From the NCBI GenBank assembly GCA_040902925.1, contig JBBDWJ010000262.1, positions 12,768 to 76,767 of the forward strand: a stretch of DNA of 64,000 nt, given 5' to 3'. The number at the start of each line of letters is the position of its first letter. The first letter of the stretch is position 1. The stretch comes from Bryobacterales bacterium. GTDB lineage: Bacteria > Acidobacteriota > Terriglobia > Bryobacterales > UBA6623. The position numbers and the translations under genes were made by a program. Shown here in pieces: positions 19,117 to 26,785 of the stretch. The notes below the pieces were generated by a model that was given only the letters and a program-made list of their open reading frames with translations, did not search any database and was not told where the DNA came from.

Positions 19117-19839
19117 ATGGCCAGCCGTGAGGAAGAAGAGTTCGAACTCGTGTTGGGCAACAAACAGTTGCTCAGCCTGTTCTTTCTTGTCGTAGTGCTT
19201 TTCGGCGTTTTCTTCTCGTTCGGTTATACCGTGGGATACGGCCGCGGGGAGAACAGCCGGACGCGGGAAGTCGCCAGCGCCGAGCCGGTGGAAGAGCCGG
19301 CCCAGAAGGTGCAGCTACCCGAGACTCTGCTCCAAAGCGCTCCTAAGCCGACTGAGCCCACCGAGGCGGCTAAGAAGGAGCCGGCGGCCGCCGCCGCAAC
19401 CCAGCAGGCTTCGCCCCCGACCTCACCCACGCGCACGACGCCCGCCCAGGTTGTGCCTAAGCCGAGCCCGGTCGAGGAAACCAAGAAATCCTCTGCTCCT
19501 CCTCCTCCTCCTCCGAAGACCACTGCCGCCACCAAGGCTGTCACGCCCAAAACTTCCACTCCGGCGAAGGCTCCGCCGGCCGCAAAGAGCTCGCCGCCTC
19601 CCACGACGGCGGCTGCCGGGGGAAATGTGCAGTTGCAGATCTCGGCGGTTCGCGTCAAAGGGGATGCCGAGGTGTACGTCCAGCAGTTGAAAGCCAAGGG
19701 CCACCCTGCGCTTCTGTCGGATCGCGGCGACGGCTGGTACCGCGTGATGGTTGGCCCGTTCAACACCGACAGCGACGCCAAGGACTATCAGAAGCGACTC
19801 GAGCAGGAAGGCGTGGATTCCCTGATCCGGCGTCAATGA
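19117..19839 (+). CDS. SPOR domain-containing membrane protein
   Basis: ATG at 19117 with GGAG upstream. One TM, a Pro/Ala/Thr-rich linker, and a C-terminal SPOR domain (VQLQISAVRVKGDAEVYVQQLKAKGHPALL...YRVMVGPF). Confidence 0.75.
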   Translation: MASREEEEFELVLGNKQLLSLFFLVVVLFGVFFSFGYTVGYGRGENSRTREVASAEPVEEPAQKVQLPETLLQSAPKPTEPTEAAKKEPAAAAATQQASPPTSPTRTTPAQVVPKPSPVEETKKSSAPPPPPPKTTAATKAVTPKTSTPAKAPPAAKSSPPPTTAAAGGNVQLQISAVRVKGDAEVYVQQLKAKGHPALLSDRGDGWYRVMVGPFNTDSDAKDYQKRLEQEGVDSLIRRQ

Positions 19840-20044
19840 CGATCCGGCGGCAATGACGGCTGCGGCCCGGTCAGGCTCACTCGAGCGCGAAGCCTTCTTT
19901 TCCGGCTCCTTGATTTGTATCTGGTCCGAACGCAAGCCCCCGATCGAACGACTCACGGTTGAGACCTACCTCAACAACCCGGATGCAAATCCTGTTTGCC
20001 GCCGGCTCTTTCGTTCCCCGCTGAAACGCTAACATCGAGAAGAC

Positions 20045-21574
20045 GTGATCACTTTTCGCAAGGGAGGTGCATGGCTCACCTTTTCGCTGGCGGCTTCGAG
20101 CGGGATACTGCAGGTCCTGGCGTTCCCCCGTTTCCATATTCCGCTGCTGGCGGCGGTCGCCGTTACTCCGCTGCTGATGGCGCTGGCCTCCGAGCCTCGC
20201 CGCAAAAGGCAGTTTCTGCTGGGATGGCTGGCGGGCTCCATTTTTTGGGGCGGCTCCTGCTATTGGGTTTACGGCGTGATGCACGACTACGCGGATCTGA
20301 CTGCTCCGGCAGCGGCCGCTATCTTTGCGGGCTTTTTTCTGGTCAAGGGGCTGCACCTGGGTTTTTTTTCTCTACTCGCCGCTCCCTTGCTGCGCGGCTT
20401 CTGGGCGATTCCAGCGGTCGCCGCGGCCTGGGTCGCGGTCGAGGGAACGCATCAGTACTTGGGCTTTACGTGGCTCCACCTGGGCAACGCCGCGGCGAGC
20501 ATGGCGGTGCTTGCGCCGCTGGCGCCCTACACGGGCGTCTACGGTCTCTCGTTCGCCTTCGCCATGATGAACGTGGCCCTGACGTTGGTCCTCTTGCGGC
20601 GGCCCCGAAAAGATTTGCTCTGGGTGGCTGCGTTGCCGCTGCTCTATCTGCTGCCACCGCTGCCGAGTTCCCGCACCGGTGACGAGACGGTTCGGCTCGT
20701 GCAGCCGAATGTGCACCCGGATCTGCTGAAACAGGGTGGCTGGACCGCCGCTGCCGCCACCGACCACATGCGCCGCATGCAGGCCTTGTCGACGCAGCCG
20801 GGCGAGGTTTTCGACGGCGAGCCCCCCGAGCTGCTCGTCTGGCCCGAATACCCCGTGCCGGCCTATTTCTTCGACAACGAGAACTCGCGGCAATTCATGG
20901 AGCAGATCGCCCGCCAGAGTGGAGCACACTTCATCTTCAACACGGTTGCGTACGAAGATGCCGAACGCCGGCATCCGCTCAACGGCGCGGTGACGCTGTC
21001 CCCATCCGGGGAGGTGGTGTCGCGCTATGCTAAAATTTTTTTAGTACCGTTCGGCGAATTTGTCCCCTGGCCTTTTTCCATTTTCATCGAAAAGATTACG
21101 CTCGAAGCCGGTGATTTCGTGCCCGGCCGCGATGTTGCCGTGGCTCAGGTCGGGGAGCGCCGCGTCGGGACGTTTATCTGCTACGAGTCGGTTTTCGCCG
21201 GCGGCGTTCGCCGCTTCGTCGCCAACGGTGCGGAAGTGCTAATCAATATATCGAATGACAGTTGGTACGGCCCGACGGCGGCGCGCTTCCAGCACTTGTT
21301 GATCGCGCGCATGCGTGCCATGGAAAACTCGCGCTGGCTGTTGCGGGCGACCAATGACGGCATCACGACGATCATCAACCCGGCAGGGCAGCTTGTCGGG
21401 GCGCTGCCGTCGTATGAGCAAGGCATTCTCGACGGCCGATTTAGCTACTCGAGCCATCTGACCTGGTTTACGCGATTCGGTGAGTGGTTTTGGTATCTGT
21501 CGATCGTGGCCAGCGCTGTGTTCCTGGCGATTCACAAGCTTCGCGGCGGCGCTGCAGCCAGGCCGGCGCCGTAA
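20045..21574 (+). CDS. lnt: apolipoprotein N-acyltransferase
   Basis: Multi-TM N-terminal half plus a CN-hydrolase domain (LLVWPE...FICYESVF...NDSWY). Confidence 0.9.
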   Translation: MITFRKGGAWLTFSLAASSGILQVLAFPRFHIPLLAAVAVTPLLMALASEPRRKRQFLLGWLAGSIFWGGSCYWVYGVMHDYADLTAPAAAAIFAGFFLVKGLHLGFFSLLAAPLLRGFWAIPAVAAAWVAVEGTHQYLGFTWLHLGNAAASMAVLAPLAPYTGVYGLSFAFAMMNVALTLVLLRRPRKDLLWVAALPLLYLLPPLPSSRTGDETVRLVQPNVHPDLLKQGGWTAAAATDHMRRMQALSTQPGEVFDGEPPELLVWPEYPVPAYFFDNENSRQFMEQIARQSGAHFIFNTVAYEDAERRHPLNGAVTLSPSGEVVSRYAKIFLVPFGEFVPWPFSIFIEKITLEAGDFVPGRDVAVAQVGERRVGTFICYESVFAGGVRRFVANGAEVLINISNDSWYGPTAARFQHLLIARMRAMENSRWLLRATNDGITTIINPAGQLVGALPSYEQGILDGRFSYSSHLTWFTRFGEWFWYLSIVASAVFLAIHKLRGGAAARPAP

Positions 21575-21626
21575 AATTGCGGCGCCAAACCCGATAAGAA
21601 CGTACCTCGAACTCTGGATAAGGACA

Positions 21627-22758
21627 ATGACAACACTAGACGAACTGGAACAGCAATTCTCCGAGCTGCGAGACGGCGCGCGCGTCATCCGGAGGTATCT
21701 TTGACCCCGCCGCCAACAAGCAAAAGCTGGCCGACCTCGAAAAGCTGATCGAGAATCCTAACTTCTGGAACGATCAGAAAAAGAGCCAGGAAGTGATGCG
21801 CGAGCGCCGCCGGCTGCTCGATGTCCTCGAAAATGACCAGGAGATGGAGCGGCGCGTCGGCGACCTGGAGACGTTTTTCGAGCTCGCCCATGAAGGCGAG
21901 GCGGTCGAGAAGGAAATTCGCGCCGAGCTGAAAACACTCGAGCAACGCGTTCATGAAATCGAGACCAAGGCGCTGCTTTCCGGCGAAAACGACCATCGCA
22001 ACGCGATCGTCGTGCTGCACCCGGGAGCGGGCGGCACCGAGGCCCAGGACTGGACCGAGATGCTGCTGCGCATGTACCTGCGATGGGCCGAGCGCGAAGG
22101 TTTCAAGGCAGAGGTCACCGACTCCCTCCCGGGCGAAGAAGCGGGCCTGAAATCCGCCACCTTCACCGTGGCCGGGGAAAACGCCTACGGGCTGCTGCGG
22201 GCGGAAATCGGCGTCCACCGCCTGGTGCGCATTTCTCCGTTCGACTCGGCGGCGCGCCGCCATACCTCGTTTGCTTCGGTGTTCGTTTATCCGGAGATCG
22301 ACGACGAGATCAAGATCGACATCAAGACCGACGATCTGCGTATCGATACTTACCGCGCGGGCGGCGCCGGCGGCCAGCACGTCAACATGACGGACTCGGC
22401 GGTGCGCATCACGCACCTGCCGACCAACATCGTAGTCACCTGCCAGAACGAGCGCTCGCAACACAAGAACAGGGCCACCGCTTTGAAGTTGCTGAAATCG
22501 CGCCTCTACGACCACGAAATGAAGAAGAAGCAGGTGGAGACGGACAAGCTCGAGGCATCGAAGGCCGACATCAACTTTGGCAGTCAGATCCGCAACTACG
22601 TTCTCGCGCCGTACCGCCTGGTCAAAGATCTGCGCAGCAAGCTGGAAACAGGCGACGTTGACCGCGTGCTCGACGGCGATTTAGGGGAGTTCATGCACGC
22701 TTACCTTGTTTTTCAGAAGACGGGTAGGCTGGCGGGCGCCGATCGCGATATGGAGTAA
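21627..22758 (+). CDS. prfB: peptide chain release factor 2, made by a programmed +1 frameshift: join(21627..21701,21703..22758)
   Basis: A short upstream frame MTTLDELEQQFSELRDGARVIRRYL ends at the in-frame TGA (21702-21704). The +1 frame continues DPAANKQKLADLEKL... and carries SPF and GGQ motifs. Confidence 0.95.
21691..21705 (+). promoter_or_regulatory. RF2 autoregulatory +1 frameshift site
   Basis: GGAGG-tat-CTT-TGA-C: an SD-like element 3 nt before the CTT slippery codon and the UGA C stop context. Confidence 0.85.
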
Positions 22759-22826
22759 CGGCGTCGGGTGAAGGGGCGCGCGGACGCAGGGTTCTTCCGT
22801 GGCTTCGCGGATGGCGGACAACCGCG

Positions 22827-23072
22827 CTAAAGGTAGCCCCAGAGCGCCACCGTACGCGCCGTCTCGGCGCAGGCGGGATGTTCGAGTTGGACCTCGGTGG
22901 GCATCCAGGTGGCCAGGTGTAACAGCCAATTCGAGACGTCCTCGATCACGAATTGCGTTTGCGAATTCGCTTTGGCTTCCACGCCGATTCGCGGCGCGAA
23001 AACACCTGCCAGGATCAGACAGAGCACGGCGATCGCCAGCATTGCCCAGGAAGTGCGCTTCTCGCCGTTCAC
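22827..23072 (-). CDS. hypothetical small membrane-anchored protein
   Basis: 81-aa ORF with a GTG start and one TM (WAMLAIAVLCLILAGVF). The RBS is weak and I recognise no family. Confidence 0.3.
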   Translation of the reverse strand: MNGEKRTSWAMLAIAVLCLILAGVFAPRIGVEAKANSQTQFVIEDVSNWLLHLATWMPTEVQLEHPACAETARTVALWGYL

Positions 23073-23227
23073 ACCTTTTTAGACGCTGCCTCCCCCGGAC
23101 AGGTTAGTGGCCGATCGTAAACTCTAGGTTAAGACGGGCCCAGAATCGCCGGCTAGGGGGCCGCCGGATCTAAACTGTTGATTCGTCGGCCTATTCGCGC
23201 GAAGATGATCTTGGGAAGGCTCGGCCC

Positions 23228-23458
23228 ATGGCGCTGAACGTGAAAACCTATTCCGGCTTCAAAGCCGACGAGCGCCCTATCGCATTTGAAATCGACGGGC
23301 GTTCGTATGAAGTCAGCGAACTTGTGGACCGCTGGTACGGGCCCGATTACGAATATTTCCGGGTGAGGGCCGACGATGGCAACACTTACATCCTGCGCTA
23401 CGACCTCAGCGATCGCACCTGGAGCCTTACCGCGTACCGCCGGGAATCCGGATCGTAA
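23228..23458 (+). CDS. hypothetical small soluble protein (76 aa)
   Basis: ATG with GGGAAGG upstream. The composition is coding-like (FKADERPIAFEIDGRSYEV...YFRVRADDGNTYILRYD). I cannot name a family with confidence. Confidence 0.5.
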   Translation: MALNVKTYSGFKADERPIAFEIDGRSYEVSELVDRWYGPDYEYFRVRADDGNTYILRYDLSDRTWSLTAYRRESGS

Positions 23459-23536
23459 GGCCGCAAGCGCCCAACCGGCTTGCGCCTCGCCGATTACGCC
23501 GATTGGCGCAGTATGGTTCGCCGCTGATCGCAGGCG

Positions 23537-25546
23537 TCAGTAGATCCGCTCGGTGCGCCGGGGCCGGACGTAAGGGCTTTCCAGGTGTTTGCGGGCCTGG
23601 TCCTGCGCTCCTTGCGTGTTGTCGCGGGTGCGAATCGCCAGTTGATACTCGTTGACCGCGCGCTCGCGCTGCCCGGTGACGTCGAAGATCCTGCCCAGGT
23701 TGATGTGCGACCACACTTCGGTCCAGGCGGGCTCCTGGTCGCCGTTCAACGATTCCCGAAACTCATTCGCCGCCGACTGAATGTTGTTCTGCAATTGGAA
23801 CACCTCGCCGATGCGGTAGTGCGCCAGCGAGCTATAGCGATTGATGTCGAGGGCTTTCTGGTATTCCGCGAGCGCCTCGTTGTAGTAGCCGTACTCGACC
23901 ATCTGCTCGCCTTTGCGAATCGCGACCCGCACCCGAATGTTTTCGTCAAACCGCAGGATGTGGTTGTTCGGATCGAGAATCACCTTCTTGGGCTTTCCGA
24001 ACGTGTCGATGGTGTAGTCGGAGGAGGTTCCCGCAACCTCAACGGTCTGGAATTCCGGCTCGCCTTCGGTTTCAATTTTCAGCTCGACGGGCATGCGGAA
24101 GGTGTCCATGTCTTGCCGGACTTTGCCGAGAACGCGAAAACCCTTGCCATCGCCGAGCCGGTAGATCGTGTACTCCTGCGTGAACTCGGGCGTGCCGGTG
24201 GATTCCGTCCATTGAATGAAGAAAGACTGCAAATCCTTGCCGCTGACGGTCTGCGCGATCTCCTGCAGATCGCGCGTGGTGACCGACTTCCATTCGAACT
24301 GATCGCGCATCTGCTTGAGCGTGGCGAAGAAGGCGTCGTCGCCGATCGTCCAGCGCAGCATGTGCATCACCATGGCGCCTTTGGCGCCCACGAGGGCTTC
24401 CATCTCGGGCGAAAAATCGGTCAGGCGTCCGGACTGGATGATGGGAATATCCTCGTACGTCAACGACTCGATGCGAACGGCGGACAGGGCGTTTCCATAG
24501 GCTTCCTGGCCCTCGGTTTGTTCAATCTCGAGCAGAGACGAGTAGATCGCCAGACCCTCATCGAGCCAAAGGTGGTCGCGATTGCCAGGCGAGACGATCA
24601 GCCGCCACCACTGGTGGGCAACCTCGGTCGCCAGGGCGCGCCGGTTCACCACCGCTCCGATCGTATAAGGGCTGAGGAAGATGATCCCCGGAGCGGCGTA
24701 GGCTTCGGGCGAATATTCCGCGGTCTCGACCAGGGTCAGCGAGGATGAATATGGCGCGCCAAACTTGCCGCTGAAGAATTCGACGATCTCGCCGGTCGTC
24801 TCGCCATACTCGCGCGCCAGATCCGGCTCCACCGACTTGAAATACACCGCCGTGGCGATGCCGGCCCTTTCGGCCTTCAACGGCTCGTCGCGAACGATCG
24901 CGATGCTGCCAGGAAACGACGCTTGATTGAATTCGAAGCTGTGCGCGACGCGGCCGCCATCGCCCGCCTGAGTGCTGGAAAGACCGCTGCCGATCACGCG
25001 AAAACCCTCCGGCAGGGCGACTTGGATGCGAGCCGTGAATTGGTCCGCCGCGTAGCCGTTCACGGGAAACCAACGCCCCGGGTAGAGCAGAAACGAACGT
25101 TCGGGATCGATGGAAGCCAGGTTCAGGCCCTCGACCGGCGAGTTCTCGTGACCTGCCAGGCGGCCGTCATACCGGAACGTCAACGAAACAGGCTCGCCTA
25201 CCGGCAGCGTATCCGGGAAGCTGAGCCGGACAGTGGAATCCTGGCGGTAGCGCAGCGGGGAGAGGTCGGCGCCGTCCGCGGTTTTCACCGCGGTCACATT
25301 CAGCCCGTTATTCAGCTCGAAGATAACCTGATTGGTCGCCTCGCGGGGAATGAACTGAACTTCCACCGTGGCCGCGATGGTTTGCGCACTGGGCTCGATG
25401 ACGGCCTGAATGTTGTACGACTGCACGTCGATCAGCGGACGCTGCTCTTGCGCGGGTAGGGCGCGCGCGCACCACACCACAATGGCGCAGGCCCAGGCGG
25501 CCTGGAGGACGTAGCGTTCCGGCTGGAACCAGCGCCGTTTTCTCAC
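23537..25546 (-). CDS. M1-family aminopeptidase-like protein with C-terminal TPR repeats (zinc motif degenerate: TEVAH)
   Basis: M1 fold blocks and WLDEGLA are present, but TEVAHQWW replaces HExxHQWF. TPR-like repeats occupy the C-terminus. I prefer the GTG start at 25546, which overlaps the lpxB stop as GTGA; the track ORF starts at 25609. Confidence 0.8.
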   Translation of the reverse strand: MRKRRWFQPERYVLQAAWACAIVVWCARALPAQEQRPLIDVQSYNIQAVIEPSAQTIAATVEVQFIPREATNQVIFELNNGLNVTAVKTADGADLSPLRYRQDSTVRLSFPDTLPVGEPVSLTFRYDGRLAGHENSPVEGLNLASIDPERSFLLYPGRWFPVNGYAADQFTARIQVALPEGFRVIGSGLSSTQAGDGGRVAHSFEFNQASFPGSIAIVRDEPLKAERAGIATAVYFKSVEPDLAREYGETTGEIVEFFSGKFGAPYSSSLTLVETAEYSPEAYAAPGIIFLSPYTIGAVVNRRALATEVAHQWWRLIVSPGNRDHLWLDEGLAIYSSLLEIEQTEGQEAYGNALSAVRIESLTYEDIPIIQSGRLTDFSPEMEALVGAKGAMVMHMLRWTIGDDAFFATLKQMRDQFEWKSVTTRDLQEIAQTVSGKDLQSFFIQWTESTGTPEFTQEYTIYRLGDGKGFRVLGKVRQDMDTFRMPVELKIETEGEPEFQTVEVAGTSSDYTIDTFGKPKKVILDPNNHILRFDENIRVRVAIRKGEQMVEYGYYNEALAEYQKALDINRYSSLAHYRIGEVFQLQNNIQSAANEFRESLNGDQEPAWTEVWSHINLGRIFDVTGQRERAVNEYQLAIRTRDNTQGAQDQARKHLESPYVRPRRTERIY

Positions 25547-26712
25547 GACACCGCTACCGGCCCGGCTCCGACTGGATTGGGAAATCCTCGCATCTGCAAC
25601 TTCTCGCATATCACCTCCGCGGCCCGCTCCGCAGCCGGCACGTCTCCTTGCAGGCTGTCTCGCACGCTCGCCAGCTCCCGCCTCATTTTCCTGCGCAGCG
25701 GCTCATCTTCCAAAAGGCGTCTGGCTTCGGCGGCAAGCCGTTCCCCGGTGCAATCCCCCTGGATCAACTCCGGAACAATGCGCCGGCCCGCCAGCAGGTT
25801 CACCATGCTGTAGAAGGGGACATTGACCAGAAACTTGCCGACGAACCAAGTTGGGGCCGTGACGCGATAGAAAACCACCATCGGCGCACCGAAAAGCGCC
25901 GCCTCGACCGTCGCCGTGCCACTGGCCACCAGGGAGACGTCCGCGTGGGCCAGGGCGTCTTCCGTTTGGCCTTCGACTATTTGGACGACACCGCGCGGGA
26001 TGCGTTCCCGAAAAAAACCTTCGGAAATGGTTGAGGCGGCGGGTAGTACGAAGTTCATCGGCCTCCACCGCCGCAGCCGCTCGACGGCGTCGGCGAGGGC
26101 AGGCATATGCCGCGCGGCCTCGGATTCCCGGCTGCCCGGCAACAGCGCCACTAGCGGGTCGGTGGTCGACAGCCCATAGCGGGTGAAAAACTCCTGCCGG
26201 GTCAGCGCCGGCTCGACGGTATCCGCCAGCGGGTGACCCACGAATGTCGTCGGCACCCGCCTTTCGCGGTAGTACTTCTCCTCGAACGGAAAGATGCAAA
26301 GCACGTGATTGACGATACGGCGGATCTTGTGGATTCGCCACGGCCGCCACGCCCATACCTGCGGCGCCACGTAATAAAAGACGGGAATCCCCAAGCGGCG
26401 CAATTTTTGGGCCAGCGGGATATGGAACCCGGGCGCGTCGGTGACAATCGCCATTGCCGGGCGTTCGCGCCGGGCGACCTTGGTCAGGCGCAGCAGCCGC
26501 CGGTAGATCCGCGGGATGTGCCGCAGCACCTCAAAGACCCCGATCACGGTCAGCTCTTCGGCGCGCATCACCGGCCGCACGCCGATTTCTCGCAAGCACG
26601 GCCCGGCGCAGCCGAAGAACTCGGCATCGGGAATACGGGCACGCAACGCCTCGACCAACTCGGCCGCGTAGCGGTCGCCCGAGGCTTCCCCGGCCGAAAT
26701 CAAGATCTTCAT
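25543..26712 (-). CDS. lpxB: lipid-A-disaccharide synthase
   Basis: N-terminal MKILISAGEASGD, with length and overall pattern matching LpxB. Confidence 0.9.
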   Translation of the reverse strand: MKILISAGEASGDRYAAELVEALRARIPDAEFFGCAGPCLREIGVRPVMRAEELTVIGVFEVLRHIPRIYRRLLRLTKVARRERPAMAIVTDAPGFHIPLAQKLRRLGIPVFYYVAPQVWAWRPWRIHKIRRIVNHVLCIFPFEEKYYRERRVPTTFVGHPLADTVEPALTRQEFFTRYGLSTTDPLVALLPGSRESEAARHMPALADAVERLRRWRPMNFVLPAASTISEGFFRERIPRGVVQIVEGQTEDALAHADVSLVASGTATVEAALFGAPMVVFYRVTAPTWFVGKFLVNVPFYSMVNLLAGRRIVPELIQGDCTGERLAAEARRLLEDEPLRRKMRRELASVRDSLQGDVPAAERAAEVICEKLQMRGFPNPVGAGPVAVS

Positions 26713-26785
26713 CGGTAACTCTTAGTGTACCGTCGAGGCGCCTGCATCTCGCCGGTCAGGCTGCTAAAATGGCGCTTATACCGGA

